Below, in pieces: positions 57,012 through 64,000 of a DNA stretch of 64,000 nt. Source of the stretch: Alphaproteobacteria bacterium (lineage in GTDB: Bacteria; Pseudomonadota; Alphaproteobacteria; RF32; CAG-239); NCBI GenBank assembly GCA_020025875.1, contig JAHHRI010000003.1, forward strand, positions 1,103-65,102, in the 5' to 3' direction. The notes under the pieces were generated by a model, which worked only from the letters and a program-made list of their open reading frames with translations, made no database searches and was not told the origin of the DNA. The stretch's first letter is position 1, and each line of letters starts with the position of its first letter. A program made the translations under genes and the position numbers.

Positions 57012-59097
57012 TTATTGAATTCAGATGGTCTAAATTCTTCACATCGACGTCAACCATAATTTCAAAATAGCTAATCGTACGGTAAACAATGTTCAGATTG
57101 GAAATATTGGCGTTGTTACGCGCCATGATATTAGATATTTCACCCAAGCTTCCGGGTTCGTTGCTTAGCATCAACTTCAGCCGTCCGGTATGGCTTTGGT
57201 TATCGGCTTCCTTGCCCCATGCAATGTCCAACCAGCGTTCCGGTTCGCCCGAAAATCGCTCCAATGCTTTGCAGTCTGCACGATGAACAGCCACGCCTTT
57301 GCCGGTTGTTACAATCCCGACAATCCGATCCCCCGGCAAGGGATGGCAGCAGCCGGCAAAATGCATTGCCATTCCGGGAATTAGTCCCTCTATTTTCAAA
57401 GGCTCGGCATTTTTCTTTTTGATTTTGCGGAATGAAGGAACTTTTATCGCCTTGACCACTTTTTCCAATTTGGACTGCTTGTAGGCAGGATAAACGGTTT
57501 TCATCACATCCCAACCGCTGACCAGCCCCTCTCCTACTTTGGCATAAATATCATCAATCGATTCCGCCTCAAAATGGGGCATAACCAGCAGCAACCCTTT
57601 TTCGGAAAACTCCAACCCTTCGTTTTTAAACATTTTTTCAAGGATTTCTTGACCAAGAACAATAAACTGATCGCGCTTTGAAGAACGCACATAACGGCGG
57701 ATGGCGGCTTTGGCCTTGCCGGTCACCACAAAACGCTCCCATTCGGTTGACGGATGCTGAGCTTTGGAAGTCAAAATCTCCACTTGGTCTCCGTTTTGCA
57801 ACACCGTTCTTAAAGGGCGGATTTCTCCGTTAATTTTAGCCCCCACACAAGTATCGCCTACAGAAGAATGAACGGCATAGGCAAAATCGACCGGAGTGGA
57901 ATTAATCGGCAAACCGATCAAATCGCCTTTGGGCGTAAAGCAAAACACCTGATCATTATACATTTCAAGCTTGGTGTTTTCCAAAAATTCTTCCGGATTA
58001 GATGCCCTTTCCAATATCTCCAGCAGTTCTCTGATCCAGCGAAAATTCTTCCCTTCCGCCTTTTGCCCTTGTTTATACGCCCAATGGGCGGCAATCCCTT
58101 TTTCTGCAATTTCGTGCATTTCAAAGGTGCGGATTTGCACTTCGATTCGGGTATTGAGCGGTCCGATAACGCCGGTATGAATCGACTGATAACCATTTGG
58201 TTTCGGGGTTGAGATATAATCTTTGAAACGGCGCGGAACCATGTGATATTTGCTATGAATAATCCCCAGCGCCTGATAACAGGAGGCAATATCATCAACA
58301 CAAATGCGAAAGGCCATAATGTCTGACAGCTGCTCAAAAGAAGCGTTTTTCTGTTGCATCTTGCGCCAAATGGAGTAAGGTGTTTTTTCCCGCCCTGTTA
58401 CCTGACATTTAACCGCGTTAACGTCCATATCCTTTTTCAGCGCCTCTATGATCTTCGGCACCAAATTACTTCCCTGTTCGCGCAAAAAATTCAGTCGCGC
58501 AATGATGGAATCGTGAGCCTCTTTATAAAGTTCGCAAAAAGCCCGTTCTTCCAACTCGCTTTTCACTTCCTGCATACCGATTCGTTCTGCCAAGGGGGCA
58601 TAAATATCCAATGTTTCGCGCGCAATTCTGGTGCGTTTTTCCGGTGCCAGAAAATGCAAGGTTCGCATATTATGCAAGCGATCCGCCAGTTTGATTAAAA
58701 GCACGCGGATATCTTCCGACATGGCAAGCAGCAACTTGCGGAAGTTTTCGGCTTGTTTGGTATAGACCGACTTTTGCTCAATCATTGCCAGTTTGGTCAG
58801 CCCGTCCACCAGCGAGGCCACTTGTTCGCCAAACAGTTGGCGCACTTCTTCCACCGTGGTATCGGTATCTTCAACCGTATCATGCAAAAGTCCGGCAATA
58901 ACCGAGGAACAATCCAGCTTAAACTTCGTCAGAATACCCGCCACTTCAACCGGATGCGAATAATACGGATCGCCGGAAGCCCTCAGCTGCGCACCATGCT
59001 TTTTCATAGCAAAAACATAGGCGCGGTTCAGGGCGTCCTCGTCAACATCGGGATCGTAAGATTTTACTAAATCAACTAATTCATATTGTCGTAACAT
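56959..59097 (-). CDS. spoT: Bifunctional (p)ppGpp synthetase/hydrolase (RelA/SpoT homolog)
   Basis: 712 aa. HD domain (HPVEVAGIL...LHDTVEDT), synthetase domain (REKTPYSIWRKM, GYQSIHT), then TGS and ACT-like C-terminal domains. Confidence 0.95.
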   Translation of the reverse strand: MLRQYELVDLVKSYDPDVDEDALNRAYVFAMKKHGAQLRASGDPYYSHPVEVAGILTKFKLDCSSVIAGLLHDTVEDTDTTVEEVRQLFGEQVASLVDGLTKLAMIEQKSVYTKQAENFRKLLLAMSEDIRVLLIKLADRLHNMRTLHFLAPEKRTRIARETLDIYAPLAERIGMQEVKSELEERAFCELYKEAHDSIIARLNFLREQGSNLVPKIIEALKKDMDVNAVKCQVTGREKTPYSIWRKMQQKNASFEQLSDIMAFRICVDDIASCYQALGIIHSKYHMVPRRFKDYISTPKPNGYQSIHTGVIGPLNTRIEVQIRTFEMHEIAEKGIAAHWAYKQGQKAEGKNFRWIRELLEILERASNPEEFLENTKLEMYNDQVFCFTPKGDLIGLPINSTPVDFAYAVHSSVGDTCVGAKINGEIRPLRTVLQNGDQVEILTSKAQHPSTEWERFVVTGKAKAAIRRYVRSSKRDQFIVLGQEILEKMFKNEGLEFSEKGLLLVMPHFEAESIDDIYAKVGEGLVSGWDVMKTVYPAYKQSKLEKVVKAIKVPSFRKIKKKNAEPLKIEGLIPGMAMHFAGCCHPLPGDRIVGIVTTGKGVAVHRADCKALERFSGEPERWLDIAWGKEADNQSHTGRLKLMLSNEPGSLGEISNIMARNNANISNLNIVYRTISYFEIMVDVDVKNLDHLNSIIADLKSSKAVSYVARSA

Positions 59098-59112
59098 CGG
59101 CTCGCATCATTA

Positions 59113-59610
59113 TCATTCTTCGTCCAAGTCGTCCATGCCGTCGTCACCCAATGCGCCGCCTTCATCAAAGCCAAAATCGTCGTCGCCGTCCAAGTCAACG
59201 TCAATATCGCCGTCCTCGTCAACATCGGCGTCAAGGTCAAGGTTGTCATCGTCTACCCCGTGAACTTGCATGGAGTCGGACATTTCGTTATCAAGCAGCA
59301 ATCCCGAAAATTGATCATCCAGCCCTGCCAATTCTTTCTCTGCCGCCAAAATCTCCATTTCTTCTTCTTCGGGTTCTTCAACTTCCACATATTTTTGCAG
59401 ACCCATAACCAACGACTTTTGCAAATCTTCAATATTGACCTTTTCTTCGGCAATTTCACGCAAGGCAATAACCGGATTTTTATCGTTGTCGCGAGAAACC
59501 ATAATCGGCGATCCGGAAGAAATATCCTTTGCCCGTTGTGTCGCAACCATCAGCAGTTCATAGCGGTTGGGAATTTTATCGATGCAGTCTTCAACTGTAA
59601 CTCTTGCCAT
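59113..59610 (-). CDS. rpoZ: RNA polymerase omega subunit with a ~75-aa D/E-rich C-terminal extension
   Basis: 165 aa. N-terminal MARVTVEDCIDKIPNRYELLMVATQRAK is canonical omega. The tail is poly-acidic (DDDNLDLDADVDEDGDIDVDLDGDDDF). Confidence 0.92.
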   Translation of the reverse strand: MARVTVEDCIDKIPNRYELLMVATQRAKDISSGSPIMVSRDNDKNPVIALREIAEEKVNIEDLQKSLVMGLQKYVEVEEPEEEEMEILAAEKELAGLDDQFSGLLLDNEMSDSMQVHGVDDDNLDLDADVDEDGDIDVDLDGDDDFGFDEGGALGDDGMDDLDEE

Positions 59611-59729
59611 TTTTTCACCTTTTTTCAGTTAGATTGAAACAATTTTTGACGCTAACTATAAACATATTGCCTTGCAAATGCAACGAAAATCTGTTTTTGC
59701 TTTGTCTAATTTATTGTTTTTGTTAAATA

Positions 59730-60971
59730 TTATTTTATATAAACCGGTTGAAAGACGATTCGGTAGTCGATTCGTTCAAAAGCCTTTTTCAAAGCTTTCT
59801 GGTTTTTCTTAACTTCCATCATGTCGTGGATCGGCGCTTTGTACATTTCAACAATTCCCTGCATGGTCACCGCAATGTTTGGTGCCGTTTTATCAGAATA
59901 CAGATTTAACTGATTTTCATATATGTTACGTTTATACAAAAGCAAAGTCATCAGCTCCGGCGAACTCATCTTCAGCACCCGATAAGCCTTGATTGTCTTA
60001 TCGCAGGTATATCCCCATTCTTCCGGATTAAAGCCTTCTTCGGCAATAATGGCGGCAAACTCTTTTTCCATTCCCTGCATTCTCATTTTTTGCACCAAGC
60101 GCTGGCAGGGATGAACCAAATCTTTCAAATTGGGCAACATGGCTCCTTTGCCCTGCTCATTTTCCCATGCGTCCAACAATGCGCCGGCTTCGATAATCTT
60201 GGCCTGATTGTCAATATCGGCGCCAAACTCTGCCAACGCCTCCAAACTGCGTGCCACCGCCTGAACATCTTTACCCGTAAGCGGTGACGAAGCGTCGGGA
60301 GAAATTGTGCGCAAGCGGCTTGCCAAGGGCTCTTTGGGCACGGCTCCTGGCGCATAATCTTCGGGAGGCACCAACTCTGCCACTTTGGCAAGAAATCTGG
60401 TATCGTAGCGATTAACCTGCGGCAATGTTCTAAACTTGATCTGCTCCCGACTTATGTTACTCTCCTCCCACAAATCAGGGTTGAGCGCAAAATAAAGTGC
60501 CGGCGACATAAATTCCAAATTTTCAATATCTGCCAGCTGTGGCGCAATGCGTTGAGGAAAACGGTTTTTAGTCTCCCTGATGCCGGGATAATTGAGGATT
60601 TTTTCCGAAATTCCGGGAATGGTGTGCAGATAGGGACCGATATATTGATAATATTCTTTCGGCATGTTTTTCAGCTGTTCCAACATCAGATCTTCCCCCG
60701 GCCATTTAAGCCGTGTTTGTCTGCTGCCATACTGACCGATTGTTTTGGCCAGATCTTTGTTAAAAACCGTACCGATGTTCCAAAAATAATCAAACTTTCG
60801 ATCATAAATCGGTTTCGGCGCAAACTTTTTCCGCAGTTCTTCAATGGGCGGTATCTGCTCGCTCATATCAATTTTGAAGCGATCGGCATAATCGGACGGA
60901 GAAACGGCCTGCGCCAACGGCGCTGCAAATATGACCGTTGCCGAAAATAGGCATATAATCTTTTTATTCAT
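59730..60971 (-). CDS. Hypothetical secreted protein
   Basis: About 413 aa from MNKKIICLFSATVIFAAPLAQA. The ATG at 60971 has GGGAAG upstream, and the track start at 60992 is a GTG. It has a signal peptide. I recognise no family. Confidence 0.55.
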   Translation of the reverse strand: MNKKIICLFSATVIFAAPLAQAVSPSDYADRFKIDMSEQIPPIEELRKKFAPKPIYDRKFDYFWNIGTVFNKDLAKTIGQYGSRQTRLKWPGEDLMLEQLKNMPKEYYQYIGPYLHTIPGISEKILNYPGIRETKNRFPQRIAPQLADIENLEFMSPALYFALNPDLWEESNISREQIKFRTLPQVNRYDTRFLAKVAELVPPEDYAPGAVPKEPLASRLRTISPDASSPLTGKDVQAVARSLEALAEFGADIDNQAKIIEAGALLDAWENEQGKGAMLPNLKDLVHPCQRLVQKMRMQGMEKEFAAIIAEEGFNPEEWGYTCDKTIKAYRVLKMSSPELMTLLLYKRNIYENQLNLYSDKTAPNIAVTMQGIVEMYKAPIHDMMEVKKNQKALKKAFERIDYRIVFQPVYIK

Positions 60972-61114
60972 CTTTGCTTCCCTATTTTTCACATCGTTTA
61001 TCTTACAACGTATATTTTAATTAATAAAGAACTTCCGACAAGAAAATGCTAGACTCGGTAAAAATATTGATTTACTATCTGCCCATATTTAACTTTATTA
61101 TGGGAGATGCAGCT

Positions 61115-61597
61115 ATGGCTTGGACGGAAAAAATGGTTGAAGACCTTAAGATAATGTGGAAACAAGGATTGACGACCGGAGAAATCGGCAAACGTCTCGG
61201 AGTTTCCAAAAATTCTATCGTCGGCAAAGTCCACCGCTTGCAGCTTGATGCCCGTCCTTCGCCGATCAAGAAAAAAAACGAAGATACGGAAAAATCAGCG
61301 ACAGAACCCGTAACCAAAACCGCAACCACCAAACCCAAAACAGAAAAGAAAAGTGAACCGCAGACGGAAAAACCGGCAGTTGCCCCTGTTTTGCAACCTG
61401 CCCCCCGCCAAACCGTCATCAAGAAAAATGTTGTTGCCGACATCAAACTGACCGACCTTGACAACCATACTTGTCGCTGGCCGATCGGCGATCCGAAAGA
61501 CGAAAACTTCCACTTTTGCGGCAAGAAAGTGCGTATCGGACAAACCTATTGCGAGGAACATGCCGCCATGGCCTACGTCAAACCCAATAAAAAATGA
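61115..61597 (+). CDS. gcrA: Cell-cycle transcriptional regulator GcrA
   Basis: 160 aa from MAWTEKMVEDLKIMWKQGLTTGEIGKRLGVSKNSIVGKVHRL, with GGGAGA upstream. C-terminal CRWPIGDP.DE.FHFCG......Q.YCEEHA.MAY. This is the canonical GcrA layout. Confidence 0.9.
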   Translation: MAWTEKMVEDLKIMWKQGLTTGEIGKRLGVSKNSIVGKVHRLQLDARPSPIKKKNEDTEKSATEPVTKTATTKPKTEKKSEPQTEKPAVAPVLQPAPRQTVIKKNVVADIKLTDLDNHTCRWPIGDPKDENFHFCGKKVRIGQTYCEEHAAMAYVKPNKK

Positions 61598-61621
61598 TGA
61601 GCCACACTCTCCAAACATACC

Positions 61622-61655
61622 GAACCGCCTCAACTTTCAGAGGCGGTTCTTTTTG
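61622..61655 (+). terminator. Intrinsic terminator after gcrA
   Basis: AACCGCCTC-(8-nt loop)-GAGGCGGTT followed by CTTTTTG. Confidence 0.8.
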
Positions 61656-61664
61656 TATATGATC

Positions 61665-61968
61665 TATTTCCCTCTTTCCGCTGTTTCCCCGTCTTCCGCC
61701 ATTTTTCACCTTTCCGCGGTTTTCCTCTTTCCGCTGTTTCCCCGTCTTCCGCCATTTTTCACCTTTCCACCATTTTTCACCTTTCCGCTATTTCCATCTT
61801 TCCGCTGTTTCCATCTTTCCGCTGTTTCCCCGTCTTCCGCCATTTTTCACCTTTTCGCGGTTTCCCTCTTTCCGCTGTTTCCCCGCCTTCCGCTGTTTTT
61901 CACCTTTTCGCTATTTCCATCTTTCCGTCATTTTCCACCTTCCGCTGTTTCCCCGTCTTCCGCCATGC
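61665..61968. repeat. Degenerate tandem array: about 17 units of 17-19 bp, polypyrimidine on the + strand (GGAA-rich on the - strand)
   Basis: My parse gives alternating short words (CTTTCCG, GTCTTCCG, CTTTTCG, ...) and longer words (CTGTTTCCCC, CCATTTTTCAC, CGGTTTTCCT, CTATTTCCAT, ...). A 44-nt block, CTCTTTCCGCTGTTTCCCCGTCTTCCGCCATTTTTCACCTTTCC, is identical at 61672 and 61725. I counted 10 purines among the 60 nt at 61681-61740. Confidence 0.9.
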
Positions 61969-62114
61969 ACCTGCTCTCAATGGCACTTTTTGCCAAAGCT
62001 TTGCAAGTAATTGCTTATCTTTGTCAGCACATCCGCATTTATGGAAAATTTTTGAAAAAAGCATCGGTTTTGAGCTAAAAAGAAATTTGTTAAAAATGCT
62101 CTTCCGAACTCTGG

Positions 62115-62160
62115 AAATAAAAAAACGGGAAACTAGGCGTTGCCTTATGTTTCCCGTTCT
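62115..62160 (-). terminator. Intrinsic terminator after the tRNA-Cys/tRNA-Asn operon
   Basis: The minus strand reads AACGGGAAAC-(loop)-GTTTCCCGTT followed by TTTTTTATTT. Stem at 62124-62158. Confidence 0.8.
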
Positions 62161-62192
62161 CAAAAGTGCAAAATTTGGGCACTTGTCCAAAT

Positions 62193-62267
62193 TGGCTCCG
62201 GCTGTCGGATTCGAACCAACGACCAATCGGTTAACAGCCGATTGCTCTACCGCTGAGCTAAGCCGGA
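62193..62267 (-). tRNA. tRNA-Asn (anticodon GTT)
   Basis: The minus strand reads TCCGGCT-TA-GCTC-AGCGGTA-GAGC-A-ATCGG-CTGTTAA-CCGAT-TGGTC-GTTGG-TTCGAAT-CCGAC-AGCCGGA-G-CCA. Confidence 0.92.
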
Positions 62268-62278
62268 ATAATATGCTG

Positions 62279-62352
62279 TGGAGGCCGGTACCGGAATCGA
62301 ACCGATATAGAAGGATTTGCAGTCCTCTGCATAACCACTCTGCCAACCGGCC
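62279..62352 (-). tRNA. tRNA-Cys (anticodon GCA)
   Basis: The minus strand reads GGCCGGT...GAGGA-CTGCAAA-TCCTT...ATCGG-TTCGATT-CCGGT-ACCGGCC-T-CCA. The discriminator U is typical of tRNA-Cys. Confidence 0.88.
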
Positions 62353-62379
62353 ACAATACCGTCGCACATTCAATAAAAA

Positions 62380-62411
62380 CTATATATACAAGTTTTTTTG
62401 CCCTCGTCAAT
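62380..62411 (-). promoter_or_regulatory. Sigma-70-type promoter for the tRNA-Cys/Asn operon
   Basis: The minus strand reads TTGACG, a 16-17-nt spacer, then TATATA, about 25-30 nt upstream of the tRNA-Cys 5' end. Confidence 0.55.
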
Positions 62412-62503
62412 AACTTTTTTTGCATAAATCTCAAAAAAATGCTTTTTTTTTCTTTTGCTTGCTCTATCATCTCTGCAAATCAACATTTTGGGAGAGCAAA
62501 ATC

Positions 62504-62938
62504 ATGAAAATAGCTATTGCTTCCGATCACGGAGGTTTTGAACTGAAACAGGAGCTGATTGACCATTACGCCAAAGAAGGCGTTGTTTTGCAGAATCTCG
62601 GCACCGACAGCACGGATTCCTGCGACTATCCGGATATCGCCAAAAAAATGGCAGAAACGATTCTCTTAAAACAAGCCGACTTGGGGATTCTCATCTGCGG
62701 AACGGGAATCGGCATTTCCATTGCTGCCAATCGCTGCCGCGGCATCAGAGCAGCTCTCCTTTATGATGACTTTGTTGCCGAGATGGCAAAAAAGCACAAC
62801 AATGCCAATGTTATCGTTTTTGGTGGAAGAACTATGACAACGCAAGATGTTATCCGCAGGATCGATATTTTTAATCAAACCGCATTTGAAGGCGGACGCC
62901 ATCTTCGTCGAATCGAAAAAATTGAGGAGGAAAAATAA
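62504..62938 (+). CDS. rpiB: Ribose-5-phosphate isomerase B
   Basis: 144 aa from [15 protein letters not shown], with GGGAGAG upstream. Contains [17 protein letters not shown] and GGRHLRR. Confidence 0.92.
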   Translation: MKIAIASDHGGFELKQELIDHYAKEGVVLQNLGTDSTDSCDYPDIAKKMAETILLKQADLGILICGTGIGISIAANRCRGIRAALLYDDFVAEMAKKHNNANVIVFGGRTMTTQDVIRRIDIFNQTAFEGGRHLRRIEKIEEEK

Positions 62939-62940
62939 TA

Positions 62941-64000
62941 ATGGATTTTAACAAAAGTTTATCAACCGAAGATCCGCAGATTTTCAGCGCCATCAATCGG
63001 GAGAGGGAACGTCAGCAACGACAAATAGAGTTGATTGCTTCGGAAAATATCGTTTCTTGCGCCGTTCTCGAAGCTCAGGGCTCCATTTTGACCAACAAAT
63101 ATGCGGAAGGCTACCCCGGAAAACGCTATTACGGCGGCTGTTGCTTTATTGACCAAGTGGAAGAACTGGCAATAGAGCGCGCAAAAAAGTTGTTTAATGC
63201 TCAATTTGTCAATGTGCAGCCTCACTCCGGTTCGCAAGCCAACACCGCGGTCTATGTCGCCCTGCTCCAACCCGGAGATACCATTCTCGGAATGTCGCTT
63301 GATGCCGGCGGACATCTGACGCATGGCTCCAAAGTTTCTTTTTCCGGCAAATGGTTAAATGCCGTACAATATGGCGTGCGTGAGAAAGACGGGCTGATTG
63401 ATTATGACCGACTTGAGCAAATGGCCAAACAACACCAACCGAAACTGATCATTGCCGGCGGATCTGCCTACCCGCGGCAGATCGATTTTGCCCGTTTTAA
63501 AAAGATTGCCGACCAAACAGGGGCGTATTTGATGGTCGATATGGCGCACTTTGCCGGATTGGTTGCCGGCGGTTGTCATCCCAACCCGTTGGAATACGCC
63601 GACATTGTTACCACCACGACACACAAAACTCTCCGTGGGCCGCGGGGCGGCATGATTTTGACCAACAACGGGGAGCTGGCAAAAAAGATCAATTCCGCCA
63701 TTTTCCCCGGAACTCAGGGCGGTCCGCTGGAACACATTATTGCCGCCAAAGCCGTTTGTTTCAAAGAAGGCTTAAGCGAAGAATTTAAAGTTTATGCGGC
63801 TCAGGTCGTCAAAAATGCTCAAATTTTAGGCGAAGTGCTAAAAGAACGCGGGCTTGATTTGGTATCCGGTGGCACCGACACCCACCTGCTGCTGGTAGAT
63901 CTCCGTCCGAAAAATCTAACCGGCGATGTGGTAACGCAAAAGCTGGAAGAAGCCAACATCACCTGCAACAAAAATGCCATTCCCTTTGACCCGCAACCGC
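62941..64000 (+). CDS. glyA: Serine hydroxymethyltransferase (3' end beyond the window)
   Basis: Not in the ORF track because it is open at the window end. My translation from ATG at 62941 gives [25 protein letters not shown]...[32 protein letters not shown], and the PLP-lysine motif [14 protein letters not shown]. Confidence 0.93.
   Translation, partial: MDFNKSLSTEDPQIFSAINRERERQQRQIELIASENIVSCAVLEAQGSILTNKYAEGYPGKRYYGGCCFIDQVEELAIERAKKLFNAQFVNVQPHSGSQANTAVYVALLQPGDTILGMSLDAGGHLTHGSKVSFSGKWLNAVQYGVREKDGLIDYDRLEQMAKQHQPKLIIAGGSAYPRQIDFARFKKIADQTGAYLMVDMAHFAGLVAGGCHPNPLEYADIVTTTTHKTLRGPRGGMILTNNGELAKKINSAIFPGTQGGPLEHIIAAKAVCFKEGLSEEFKVYAAQVVKNAQILGEVLKERGLDLVSGGTDTHLLLVDLRPKNLTGDVVTQKLEEANITCNKNAIPFDPQP

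Noticed and set aside
61665-61968. The repeat array interpreted as a CRISPR locus
   Set aside because: The units are contiguous and degenerate, with no unique spacers between them. They are far shorter than CRISPR repeat-plus-spacer periods. No cas genes are present in the window.
61981-61995. Sigma-54-like TGGCAC...GC element just downstream of the array, which would make the array an enhancer/UAS
   Set aside because: The sequence is TGGCAC-TTTTT-GCC. The GG-to-GC offset is 10 nt rather than the required 12. No TTGC follows and no ORF lies downstream before the tRNA terminator.
61458-62078. 206-aa + strand ORF (or its internal ATG at 61661) reading through the whole polypyrimidine array
   Set aside because: It starts inside gcrA in another frame and crosses the gcrA terminator. 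The internal ATG has no RBS. The translation is F/P/L/S low-complexity and not periodic, because the repeat unit is not a multiple of 3. Pyrimidine-rich DNA lacks stop codons by composition alone.
61900-62373. 157-aa minus-strand ORF
   Set aside because: It runs straight through tRNA-Cys, tRNA-Asn and their terminator, so it is a spurious read-through ORF.
1-64000. Search for mobile elements, prophage or defence islands, CRISPR arrays and rRNA
   Set aside because: I saw no integrase, transposase, recombinase, restriction-modification, toxin-antitoxin or cas-like motifs in any of the listed ORFs. I found no long terminal inverted repeats. The gene content is overwhelmingly conserved housekeeping, so I do not claim a defence or mobile system here.

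Overview
This window reads as a conserved core chromosomal segment of an alphaproteobacterium. The hallmarks are four cell-cycle genes (a CckA-like hybrid kinase, HdaA, MipZ, GcrA), a circularly permuted two-piece tmRNA next to an alpha-type sspB, and the gene strings rpoZ-spoT-DUF2062-acpS-lepB-rnc-era and yqeY-dnaG-rpoD. Divergent mfd/recG and a folA-thyA-mazG operon are also present. I call about 60 CDS (two cut by the window edges, one frameshifted), 4 tRNAs (Arg-TCT, Pro-TGG, Asn-GTT, Cys-GCA), 1 tmRNA, 11 intrinsic terminators and 2 promoters. I found no transposase, integrase, CRISPR array, rRNA or recognisable defence genes, so most of the window is ordinary housekeeping. Five things deserve a second look. 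(1) A ~300 bp almost pure polypyrimidine array of ~17 degenerate 17-19 bp units lies in a terminator-bounded gap between gcrA and a tRNA-Cys/Asn operon (61665-61968). (2) A small accessory-looking cluster at 49.9-53.3 kb holds an archaeal/AraM-type sn-glycerol-1-phosphate dehydrogenase. It is coupled to an MtnX-like HAD phosphatase whose DxDGT motif is split from the rest of the gene by a +1 frameshift in an A8 run. A ParB/Srx-like protein translationally coupled to a glycosyltransferase converges on this pair. (3) A yejE-yejF transporter remnant is coupled to an unrecognised 687-aa membrane protein where yejA/yejB would be expected. (4) ssrA and sspB are adjacent. (5) cckA-hdaA and dacC(SPOR)-mipZ form tight tandem pairs. 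All family assignments rest on my reading of the translated motifs from memory. No database search was run, and DUF names are recollections to be confirmed with HMM searches.
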